In this document: piece by piece, positions 16,801-24,000 of the stretch
How the letters are laid out: each line of letters starts with the position of its first letter
Numbering within the stretch: the stretch's first letter is position 1
Assembly (NCBI RefSeq): GCF_053690295.1
Contig: NZ_JBSAOV010000002.1
Strand: one strand, 5' to 3'
DNA length: 24,000 nucleotides
Notes under the pieces: generated by a model
What the model was told of the DNA's origin: nothing
Seen by the model: the letters and a program-made list of their open reading frames with translations, nothing else
The model's database searches: none
Position numbers and translations under genes: made by a program

Positions 16801-17209
16801 TGAAAATAAATCCAGACGCTGCTCATTTGAACTTTTCCCGGATGAACGGACAGGAGATAAGATAGCAGATGAGCTCATTGCAAATGAAAAACTGAAGGAG
16901 CGGGGACGTTTCATGCGCGCGATGTTAGTTACTGGTGCGGCGTTTGCAGCTATAGATAAACGTCTTCCTTTGCTGATATCGGAGTTACTGACAGAAAATA
17001 CGACTCTGGATGATATTAATAAGGTGATTTCCAGCGTAATACCAGGTGCTTTTTCGGTTGAAAAGAAATTGCTTGAATTACTGGAAAAACAATCTGGTCT
17101 CCATACGTCTGTGGATTGCAGTACTCCTCTTACAGAGCAGAGTCTGTCGAGAAATGACGGTGAAGACCAGACCAGAAGAAACGCTGAAAATATGTTCGGA
17201 GATGACTGA
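16793..17209 (+). CDS. parR: ParR/StbB-like partition adaptor
   Basis: 138 aa. Start overlaps the parM stop. RRCSFELFPDERTGDKIADELIANEKLKERGRFMRAMLVTGAAF... Confidence 0.8.
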   Translation: MSDENKSRRCSFELFPDERTGDKIADELIANEKLKERGRFMRAMLVTGAAFAAIDKRLPLLISELLTENTTLDDINKVISSVIPGAFSVEKKLLELLEKQSGLHTSVDCSTPLTEQSLSRNDGEDQTRRNAENMFGDD

Positions 17210-17210
17210 A

Positions 17211-18485
17211 CTAACCCAGCCTGGCCAGGGGAATATCTCGCCATTTAGTTGTATAACACTGACTCAACATTTCCCGTTTCATTTGCCATTCAGGGGCGGT
17301 TCCTCGCCCCGCAAACCACACTTTCCCTTTTCCCGACTGGTTCAGTTCATCGAGTGTTTTCATTAACTTTTCACTGTTTTTACGGGGCTGGATTTCATCA
17401 AATAATCCCGGCTGCGCTATACCCGATGGTGTGAAATCAGCCAGCATGACACCTGCCTTCATATAGCGGTACCCTTCACGCCAGACATGGTTTAAGGCTC
17501 TGCATGCGGCGGCAATAATGTCCCGGCTGTCCTGTGTGGGCAATGGAAGCTTTTCCACAGCGGCATTGCTGTAACAGGGTTCTTTTACTGCAAAGGGTGA
17601 TGTCCGTACAAATGTCGTCACCTGCCGGCAATACTGACGCTCCCCACGTAGTTTCTCTGCGGCCCGCTCTGCATACTGAACAACAGCCTGGTGCATGGCA
17701 TCTTTGTCTGTGATTCGTTCACCAAAACTGCGACTACAGACAATCTGCTGTTTTGCCGGTGGTGCTTCTTCCAGGGATATGCAGGACTCGCCGTTGAGTT
17801 CGCGTACCGTACGCTCAAGAATGACGCTGAAGTTTTTCCGGATGAATGCCGTGTTAGCCTGCGCCAGCTGCAGTGCTGTGTTAATACCCAGCGCATTCAG
17901 CTTTTCCGTCAGTCTGTGTCCTACTCCCCAGACCTCACCAACTGGCTGCAGCCCCAGTAGCTTCAAGATCCGATTACGGTTTTCTGCCGTCAGCGCGACC
18001 ACTCCGGAAAACTGTGGCCATTGCTTTGTTGCCCACTGTGCACTTTTAGCCAGCGTTTTTGTAGGCGCAATGCCCACCCCCATGGTGAGTCCTGTCCAGC
18101 TCTTTACCTGTTCCCTGAGCTGATGACCAAAAAACTCCGGAGAGATGCAATGATTTATCCCCCGCAAATCAATGAACATTTCATCAATTGAGTAGGGCTC
18201 AACTGCGGGAGAAAGCGACTCCAGAACAGCCATAACCCGTTGGCTCATGCTGTGGTACAGCGCATAATTGCTGGAAAATACATGTATTTTCTTCTCCAGG
18301 CGCATTTGTCTCACCTGAAACCAGGGCTGCCCCATTCTGATGCCAAGGGCTTTTGCCTCCGGGCTGCGCGCGATCACACAGCCATCGTTATTGCTGAGTA
18401 CGATGACCGGTTCGTTGCGAAGGTCCGGGCGGAAAACTTTTTCACATGAGGCGTAGAAACTGTTGATATCAGCCAGTGCAAACAT
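17211..18485 (-). CDS. impB: Y-family DNA polymerase V catalytic subunit-like (ImpB/UmuC/MucB)
   Basis: 424 aa. MFALADINSFYASCEKVFRPDL, NNDGCVIARSPEAKALGI, YSIDEMFIDL, MGVGIAPTKTLAK. Confidence 0.95.
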   Translation of the reverse strand: MFALADINSFYASCEKVFRPDLRNEPVIVLSNNDGCVIARSPEAKALGIRMGQPWFQVRQMRLEKKIHVFSSNYALYHSMSQRVMAVLESLSPAVEPYSIDEMFIDLRGINHCISPEFFGHQLREQVKSWTGLTMGVGIAPTKTLAKSAQWATKQWPQFSGVVALTAENRNRILKLLGLQPVGEVWGVGHRLTEKLNALGINTALQLAQANTAFIRKNFSVILERTVRELNGESCISLEEAPPAKQQIVCSRSFGERITDKDAMHQAVVQYAERAAEKLRGERQYCRQVTTFVRTSPFAVKEPCYSNAAVEKLPLPTQDSRDIIAAACRALNHVWREGYRYMKAGVMLADFTPSGIAQPGLFDEIQPRKNSEKLMKTLDELNQSGKGKVWFAGRGTAPEWQMKREMLSQCYTTKWRDIPLARLG

Positions 18486-18922
18486 CAGCGTAACTCCCGA
18501 GTCCTGTGTATCACGTGAGTGACAACACCAAAAATACAGATGTTTTCCGGATACAGTGTGCGGAACTCCGGGCTGTCTGAAACCGGCTCCAGTGCCGGGC
18601 GTGGGCGCAACAGCAGTCGTTTGACGGTGAACTCACCGTCGATCTCAGCGATAACGATGTCCCCGTGTTGTGGTTTTTCGGCCCTGTCCACTACCAGCAG
18701 ATCACCATTCTGCACGCCAGCCTGGTTCATCGATTCACCGCTGGCGCGCAGAAAGAAGGTGGCTGCAGGTCTGCTGATGCAATAGCTGTTCAGATCCAGT
18801 TCCTGCTCAGCATAATCAGTGGCAGGCGAAGGAAAACCGGCCTGGCAACGATCGGCAAACAACGGTCGCACGTAACTGTCATCGCCTGAAGGGTCAGCCG
18901 GACGGTGATAAACGGTACTCAT
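18485..18922 (-). CDS. impA: UmuD-like translesion synthesis cofactor / S24 peptidase (ImpA)
   Basis: 145 aa. Cleavage-site region CQAGFPSPATDYAEQELDLN, FFLRASGESM (Ser), VDRAEKPQHGDIVIAEIDGEFTVKRLLL (Lys). Adjoins impB. Confidence 0.95.
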   Translation of the reverse strand: MSTVYHRPADPSGDDSYVRPLFADRCQAGFPSPATDYAEQELDLNSYCISRPAATFFLRASGESMNQAGVQNGDLLVVDRAEKPQHGDIVIAEIDGEFTVKRLLLRPRPALEPVSDSPEFRTLYPENICIFGVVTHVIHRTRELR

Positions 18923-19167
18923 GCTGCAGGCAGCCAGCTGTCGTCCTGCCAGATTTCTTCCAGCAGAGACAGGATACGTTCTTTATCCTTGTCGTTGCGG
19001 GCTCCTGTGACAGATACAGACGGGGCGCTGCCCTGGTCTATACGCAGCCAGATTTCCGGGTAGTGTGGTTTCAGACGTTGTTCGATTTCATTCTGTAGCG
19101 CCTGAAGTGTGCCTGATTTGAGGTTTTTTGTGCTCTGGCGGTCGAAAAGAATTTCAATGCGGATCAT
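18919..19167 (-). CDS. impC: DinI-like protein (ImpC)
   Basis: Internal ATG at 19167 gives 82 aa MIRIEILFDRQSTKNLKSGTLQALQNEIEQRLKPHYPEIWLRIDQG..., DinI-like. Overlaps impA by 4 nt. Confidence 0.85.
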   Translation of the reverse strand: MIRIEILFDRQSTKNLKSGTLQALQNEIEQRLKPHYPEIWLRIDQGSAPSVSVTGARNDKDKERILSLLEEIWQDDSWLPAA

Positions 19168-19190
19168 GTTCTCATCTCCCTTTTCTTTTG

Positions 19191-19206
19191 CTGTATGCAT
19201 ATACAG
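19191..19206. promoter_or_regulatory. LexA operator (SOS box) CTGTATGCATATACAG
   Basis: Matches CTGT-N8-ACAG with AT-rich spacer, 24 bp upstream of the impC start. Confidence 0.9.
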
Positions 19207-19370
19207 TATTCTAATAACTGAATCCACACACAGTCAAATGTCATTATTGTGACTAAAAAGCGCTCAATTCTCTGAGAGTGTGGCTGTATGCCTGCTGTGG
19301 ACTACTGTGTTCAGCTTATCCACAGCATTTTGCGCACGGTTCTGTGAATAAAATACCTGGTTACCCAGGC

Positions 19371-19550
19371 CGTGCCGGCACGTTAACCGGGCTGCATCCG
19401 ATGCAAGTGTGTCGCTGTCGCCGGCCTCCTCACCCGGTCACGTTTCGTCGTTCCTCCTCCACGCGCTGCGGCTTCGGGGCCGCACCTGCATTCGTATGCG
19501 GTCGCCCGGTTACAGGTGCGGCACGGCCTGATGGAGGCCGCATGTGAGAG
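19371..19550. promoter_or_regulatory. Structured GC-rich noncoding leading-region-like element upstream of the DUF1281-like gene
   Basis: Palindrome CGTGCCGGCACG (19371-19382), CCGCACCTG/CAGGTGCGG arms (19480-19488 / 19513-19521), CGGCCT/AGGCCG hairpin (19525-19540), and colinear shared blocks with 23214-23410. Confidence 0.5.
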
Positions 19551-19560
19551 GAGAATTCCC

Positions 19561-20487
19561 ATGCCAAACTGGTGCTCGAATCGTATGTATTTTTCTGGTG
19601 AACCGGCACAGATCGCTGAGATTAAACGACTGGCCAGCGGCGCAGTCACACCGTTTTATCGCCGCGCCACAAATGAAGGTATTCAGCTGTTTCTGGCCGG
19701 AAGTGCCGGACTTCTGCAGACCACTGAAGATGTGCAGTTTGAACCGTGCCCCGGACTGACGGCTGCCGGACGTGGTGTTGTATCGCCGGAGAATATCGCG
19801 TTCACACGCTGGCTGACACACCTGCAGAACGGTGTGCTACTGGATGAACAAAACTGCCTGATGCTGCATGAACTCTGGCTGCAGAGCGGTACTGAACAGC
19901 GTCGCTGGGAAGGATTACCGGACGATGTCAGGGATACCATCACCGCACTTTTCACCGCAAAAAGAGGTGACTGGTGTGGCTTCTGGAGTAACGAGGATGT
20001 ATCGGTGTGGTGGAACCGTCTGTGTGACAACGTACTGCCGGAAAAAACCATGCCGTTTGACCTGCTGACGGTTCTGCCGACTCGCCTGGATGTTGAAGTG
20101 AATGGCTTTAACGGTGGTGTTCTGAACGGTGTTCCTTCTGCATATCACTGGTATACGGAACGGTATGGCGTGAAGTGGCCTGTGGGGTATGAGGTGAATA
20201 TCAGTAGTCAGGGAGACAACTTCATTCAGGTTGATTTCGACACGCCGTGGTGTCAGCCGGAAAGCGACGTTATTGCAGAATTAAGCCGCCGTTTCAGCTG
20301 CACGCTGGAGCACTGGTATGCCGAACAGGGCTGTGATTTCTGTGGCTGGCAGTTGTATGAGCGCGGAGAGCTCGTTGATGTGCTGTGGGGGGAACTGGAA
20401 TGGTCTTCCCCGACAGATGACGATGAGCTGCCGGAAGTCACCGGACCTGCGTGGATAGTCGACAATGTGGCGCATTATGGCGGATGA
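19561..20487 (+). CDS. DUF1281-like plasmid leading-region protein
   Basis: ATG at 19561 after a GAGAGGAG Shine-Dalgarno. MPNWCSNRMYFSGEPAQIAEIKRL...; recognised as a common IncF/IncI leading-region protein. Confidence 0.78.
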   Translation: MPNWCSNRMYFSGEPAQIAEIKRLASGAVTPFYRRATNEGIQLFLAGSAGLLQTTEDVQFEPCPGLTAAGRGVVSPENIAFTRWLTHLQNGVLLDEQNCLMLHELWLQSGTEQRRWEGLPDDVRDTITALFTAKRGDWCGFWSNEDVSVWWNRLCDNVLPEKTMPFDLLTVLPTRLDVEVNGFNGGVLNGVPSAYHWYTERYGVKWPVGYEVNISSQGDNFIQVDFDTPWCQPESDVIAELSRRFSCTLEHWYAEQGCDFCGWQLYERGELVDVLWGELEWSSPTDDDELPEVTGPAWIVDNVAHYGG

Positions 20488-20499
20488 AGTATGACGGAG

Positions 20500-20519
20500 A
20501 CGGGCGGGAAACCGCCCGT
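20500..20519 (+). terminator. Terminator-like hairpin ACGGGCGG-GAAA-CCGCCCGT
   Basis: 8-bp perfect stem followed by TTCTTTTCC, just after the stop at 20487. Confidence 0.75.
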
Positions 20520-20871
20520 TTCTTTTCCGACAAAGGATGTCGCCGTGCTCCTCTTTTTACTGCGCCGGCTGACGCGGCGCGGCATAAACGCTGCCTGTGG
20601 TCAGTGTCCCGCGTCCGGCCGGGCACGGGACGGGCGCTTTTACCGCTCCCGGCTGGCATCGGTGACAGTGTACGCCAGCCCGTCGCCCTTTTCTGATGAA
20701 CGCCCTTCAAGCCGCTTTCGCGGCATATTCTCGCCGTCAAAAAGACGACGGCTGCGATATTCCACGGTCGGCCTGACCCGTTACCGGACGCGGTGAACAG
20801 CCCACAGGCAGCGGGGAACGGGCACCACAGGGGTGCCCTCCCGGTGCCCTCTGTAAGAGAAGGAGTTTCGT

Positions 20872-21555
20872 ATGTCCCGTTTTGTCCTCGGTAACTGCAT
20901 CGATGTTATGGCCCGTATTCCTGATAACGCCATTGATTTCATCCTCACCGACCCGCCATATCTCGTCGGTTTCCGTGACCGTTCCGGGCGCACCATTGCC
21001 GGCGATAAAACCGATGAGTGGCTGCAACCGGCCTGTAATGAAATGTTCCGCGTGCTGAAAAAAGACGCGTTAATGGTGAGCTTCTACGGCTGGAACCGCG
21101 TCGATCGCTTTATGGCCGCCTGGAAAAATGCGGGATTCAGCGTTGTTGGTCACCTGGTCTTCACCAAAAACTACACATCGAAGGCCGCATATGTGGGCTA
21201 TCGCCACGAATGCGCCTACATCCTGGCAAAAGGCCGTCCACGTCTGCCACAAAACCCGCTGCCGGACGTGCTGGGCTGGAAATATTCAGGCAATCATCAT
21301 CACCCGACGGAAAAGCCTGTTACCAGCCTGCAACCGCTGATTGAGAGCTTCACACACCCGAACGCAATTGTGCTGGACCCGTTTGCAGGCAGCGGCTCAA
21401 CCTGCGTTGCCGCCCTCCAGTCCGGACGCCGGTATATCGGTATCGAGCTGCTTGAGCAGTATCACCGTGCCGGACAGCAACGACTGGCTGCCGTACAACG
21501 GGCCATGCAGCAGGGGGCCGCGAATGATGACTGGTTTATGCCGGAGGCTGCGTAA
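20872..21555 (+). CDS. DNA adenine-N6 methyltransferase (YhdJ-like orphan)
   Basis: 227 aa. FILTDPPYLVGF (DPPY), DPFAGSGSTCVAALQSGRRYIGIELLEQYH, HHPTEKPV; GGAG Shine-Dalgarno; no restriction enzyme adjacent. Confidence 0.93.
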   Translation: MSRFVLGNCIDVMARIPDNAIDFILTDPPYLVGFRDRSGRTIAGDKTDEWLQPACNEMFRVLKKDALMVSFYGWNRVDRFMAAWKNAGFSVVGHLVFTKNYTSKAAYVGYRHECAYILAKGRPRLPQNPLPDVLGWKYSGNHHHPTEKPVTSLQPLIESFTHPNAIVLDPFAGSGSTCVAALQSGRRYIGIELLEQYHRAGQQRLAAVQRAMQQGAANDDWFMPEAA

Positions 21556-21777
21556 ATGAACTATGCCGGACACGAAAAACTTCGCGCCGAAGTGGCGGAG
21601 GTGGCCAATGCCATGTGCGACCTGCGTACAACCATGAATGAGATGGAGCGGCGGTACAGCTTTAATGCTGACACCCTGCCGGAACGTCTGGTGCGTCAGA
21701 CGTTGTTTCGCGCAAACCGCCTCCTGATGGAGGCATATACCGAAATTCTTGAACTGGATGCGTGCTTCAAAGATTAA
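21556..21777 (+). CDS. Small conserved leading-region hypothetical protein
   Basis: 73 aa, begins right after the methyltransferase stop; recognised as conserved in IncF leading regions. Confidence 0.75.
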   Translation: MNYAGHEKLRAEVAEVANAMCDLRTTMNEMERRYSFNADTLPERLVRQTLFRANRLLMEAYTEILELDACFKD

Positions 21778-21789
21778 GGAGGAGACGAA

Positions 21790-22224
21790 ATGTACGGAAC
21801 ATGCGAAACGCTCTGCCGTGAGCTGGCAGCAAAGTATCCGGGAAACACGCCGCTGATGCTGCTTATCTGGTCCCCGGAAGAGATTCAGGCACTGGCCGAC
21901 GGTATGGAAATTTCTCTGACCGATCATGAAATCAGGACTGTCCTGGCGCACCTGGAGGACATCCCGGAAGACCAGCGGATGGAGTCCGGTATTTCTTCCG
22001 CCGCTGCGATGGAGATTATCAGCAACGTGAGCGAAAACCGCCTGGTGACCGTCTCTGCTGAACTGCTGGCGTCCCTGATTCAGACCGCTGAACAGGCACT
22101 GTGGAAACGTGAATGGGCCGCCCGTGATAACGGCCTTGCCGTCCCGGAATGTGTTACCCGCCGTCAGGCAGTGATTAATCAGGCCCGCACCCTGCTGAAA
22201 AACAACACACACGAAAACAACTGA
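21790..22224 (+). CDS. DUF1380-like conserved plasmid protein
   Basis: 144 aa [48 protein letters not shown]..., preceded by a GGAGG-type Shine-Dalgarno. Confidence 0.78.
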   Translation: MYGTCETLCRELAAKYPGNTPLMLLIWSPEEIQALADGMEISLTDHEIRTVLAHLEDIPEDQRMESGISSAAAMEIISNVSENRLVTVSAELLASLIQTAEQALWKREWAARDNGLAVPECVTRRQAVINQARTLLKNNTHENN

Positions 22225-22274
22225 TGTTATCGCCGCCTGCCCTGCGGGCGGCGATACAGGGAGAACGCTTAATC

Positions 22275-23045
22275 ATGAACAAAACGCTGAATGCACTGGT
22301 TTGTCGTCACGCCCGTAACCTGCTGCTGGCGCAGGGCTGGCCGGAAGAGACGGATGTTGACCAGCGAAATCCGAACTATCCGGGCTGGATCAGCATTTAC
22401 GTGCGGCTGGATGCGCCCCGGCTGGCGACGTTACTTATCAACCGTCACGGCGGCGTACTGCCACCGCTCCTGGCCTCCGCCATTCAGAGACTGACCGGAA
22501 CCGGGGCGGAACTGGTACTGTCCGGCAGTCAGTGGCAGTCGCTGCCGGTACTTCCGGCAGACGGAACGCAGGTGTCTTTCCCGTATGCCGGAGAATGGCT
22601 GACCGAAGACGAAATCAGGGCTGTTCTTGATGCGGTGCACGATGCGGTACGAAGCATCTGTTACCAGGTGGCAGAAGATGCGCGGCGTATCCGTGCGGCG
22701 CTGACCACCACCGGTCAGACGTTGCTGACCCGCCAGACGCGCCGCTTTCGCCTGGTCGTGAAGGAAAGCGATCACCCCTGCTGGCTCGATGAAGATGACG
22801 AAAACCTGCCCGTGGTGCTCGATGCCATCGTGAACCGGGGAGCACGTTTTTCGTCGGTGGAAATGTACCTGGTCAGCGATTGTATTGAGCATATCCTGTC
22901 CAGTGGGCTGGCCTGCGATGTGCTGCGTATACCCGATGAACCGCCCCGCCGCTGGTTTGACCGTGGTGTTCTGCGGGAGGTGGTCCGGGAAGCCCGGACC
23001 GAAATCCGCAGCATGGCGGATGCCCTGGCAAAAATCCGGAAATGA
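22275..23045 (+). CDS. Conserved leading-region hypothetical protein
   Basis: Internal ATG at 22275 ([38 protein letters not shown]...) preceded by GGGAGAA. The 22224 start is an upstream extension. Confidence 0.75.
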   Translation: MNKTLNALVCRHARNLLLAQGWPEETDVDQRNPNYPGWISIYVRLDAPRLATLLINRHGGVLPPLLASAIQRLTGTGAELVLSGSQWQSLPVLPADGTQVSFPYAGEWLTEDEIRAVLDAVHDAVRSICYQVAEDARRIRAALTTTGQTLLTRQTRRFRLVVKESDHPCWLDEDDENLPVVLDAIVNRGARFSSVEMYLVSDCIEHILSSGLACDVLRIPDEPPRRWFDRGVLREVVREARTEIRSMADALAKIRK

Positions 23046-23052
23046 TGACACT

Positions 23053-23076
23053 GGCGGGGTAAACCCCCGCCTTTTT
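23053..23076 (+). terminator. Rho-independent terminator GGCGGGG-TAAAC-CCCCGCC-TTTTT
   Basis: 7-bp GC stem followed by a T-run, right after the 23045 stop. Confidence 0.85.
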
Positions 23077-23188
23077 CCTGCCGGCCCCCGGACAGAGCAC
23101 AAAGGAAGTCGCCGCCGGCTCCGCTTTACCCGGCCATGCGGGGCATGGCCTTGTGGTTTTTCAGTTATGTGGCCTCAGCGTCGTGTGC

Positions 23189-23424
23189 GGGCTGTGCCGT
23201 GCCTCCATCTTAGCCGGGCTGGCGTTGATGCAAGGGTACGCTTCGCCGCTGCGGTCACCCGGTCCCTCCTTCCCGTCTGCCGTGATTTTCCGGTCGTTCA
23301 CCCGCTCAGATTTCGCGGTCTCACCCTGCAACTCCCGTCAGCCGTGTGCGTCAGGCTGCGGCTTCCCTTGCGCCCCTGCATCCCCGCCTGTTCGCCCGGC
23401 TTTTATGGAGGCACGGCACCGCCC
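23189..23424. promoter_or_regulatory. Long-range inverted repeat enclosing about 196 nt of noncoding sequence upstream of klcA
   Basis: GGGCTGTGCCGTGCCTCCAT (23189-23208) pairs with ATGGAGGCACGGCACCGCCC (23405-23424), 19 of 20 positions. Confidence 0.7.
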
Positions 23425-23461
23425 GGTGTCGCGGAATATGTGAACAACGGAGGAAAACATC

Positions 23462-23887
23462 ATGCAATATGCGAAACCTGTCACTCTGAATGTTGAAGAG
23501 TGCGACCGTCTCTCCTTTCTGCCGTATCTGTTTGGCAACGATTTTCTGTATGCCGAGGCGTATGTGTACGCGCTGGCGCAAAAAATGATGCCGGAATATC
23601 AGGGAGGCTTCTGGCACTTCATCCGCCTGCCGGACGGTGGCGGTTACATGATGCCGGATGGCGACCGTTTCCACATGGTGAACGGTGCAAACTGGTTTGA
23701 CCGTACCGTGAGTGCTGATGCCGCAGGCATCATCCTGACCTCCCTTGTGATTAACCGCCAGTTGTGGCTGTACCACGACAGCGGGGATGCAGGACTGACC
23801 CAGCTTTACCGGATGCGCGATGCGCAGTTGTGGCGTCACATCGAATTTCACCCCGAATGCAATGCGATTTACGCGGCTCTGGACTGA
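23462..23887 (+). CDS. klcA: KlcA/ArdB-family antirestriction protein
   Basis: 141 aa. [53 protein letters not shown]...[18 protein letters not shown]...[12 protein letters not shown]. Confidence 0.9.
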   Translation: MQYAKPVTLNVEECDRLSFLPYLFGNDFLYAEAYVYALAQKMMPEYQGGFWHFIRLPDGGGYMMPDGDRFHMVNGANWFDRTVSADAAGIILTSLVINRQLWLYHDSGDAGLTQLYRMRDAQLWRHIEFHPECNAIYAALD

Positions 23888-23896
23888 TTAACGGAC

Positions 23897-23915
23897 GGGG
23901 CGGCAATGCCGCCCC
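23897..23915 (+). terminator. Hairpin GGGGCGGC-AAT-GCCGCCCC after klcA
   Basis: 8-bp perfect stem, 3-nt loop; no strong T-run follows, so termination is uncertain. Confidence 0.5.
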
Positions 23916-23933
23916 TGTAAAGGAGACGAGAAC

Positions 23934-24000
23934 ATGTACTGTACTGTTAAAGAAATTATCCGCGAAGTGCTGGATACAGACGTGCCGGACAGTGAATGCG
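23934..24000 (+). CDS. Start of a conserved leading-region hypothetical protein (cut by window end)
   Basis: ATG at 23934 after AAAGGAG, reading MYCTVKEIIREVLDTDVPDSEC... Confidence 0.6.
   Translation, partial: MYCTVKEIIREVLDTDVPDSEC

Noticed and set aside
20491-20796. 101-aa plus-strand ORF between the DUF1281-like and methyltransferase genes
   Set aside because: Not called as a CDS: arginine-rich, starts inside a terminator-like hairpin region, and the sequence is better described as a structured spacer. Kept only as an open question in the findings.
21397-22212. 271-aa minus-strand ORF
   Set aside because: Antisense to the methyltransferase and two conserved plus-strand genes; a GC-rich shadow ORF.
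22431-23102. 223-aa minus-strand ORF
   Set aside because: Antisense to the conserved 22275-23045 gene; no recognisable domain.
22885-23496. 203-aa plus-strand ORF spanning the end of the leading-region gene and the klcA upstream region
   Set aside because: It overlaps the well-supported 22275-23045 CDS, crosses a strong terminator, and reads as low-plausibility Arg/Pro-rich translation of structured GC-rich DNA. More likely noncoding.
23351-23851. 166-aa minus-strand ORF
   Set aside because: Antisense to klcA, whose protein sequence is clearly recognisable.

Overview
This window looks like the accessory, maintenance and leading-region stretch of a large enterobacterial (IncF-like) plasmid. 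That assignment is inferred from protein recognition, because no replication initiator is visible. Left to right it contains: a truncated IS6-family element, probably IS6100 (1-788); a FinO/ProQ-like RNA chaperone; a defence-like accessory block with an ATPase carrying a TOPRIM-like C-terminus, a winged-helix-like gene pair, an AAA_13/PrrC-RloC-like ATPase with a CPFC motif, vapBC, a 96-aa protein overlapping a TIR-like (CAP12/Pycsar-effector-type) protein, and a KAP P-loop NTPase downstream of a HicB-like RHH protein; a ResD-like tyrosine recombinase; two adjacent partition loci (ParA/RHH-ParB and ParMR, resembling the pB171 double par arrangement); an impCAB-like SOS operon with a near-ideal LexA box; and a leading-region-like segment with a DUF1281-like protein, an orphan adenine methyltransferase, conserved hypotheticals and a KlcA/ArdB antirestriction protein. 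The best leads are the overlapping small-gene/TIR pair with no visible cyclase, the HicB-like/KAP pair, the two SMC-like ATPase genes, and two colinear structured noncoding segments (about 19370-19550 and 23140-23430) that could act as single-stranded-DNA promoters upstream of leading-region genes.
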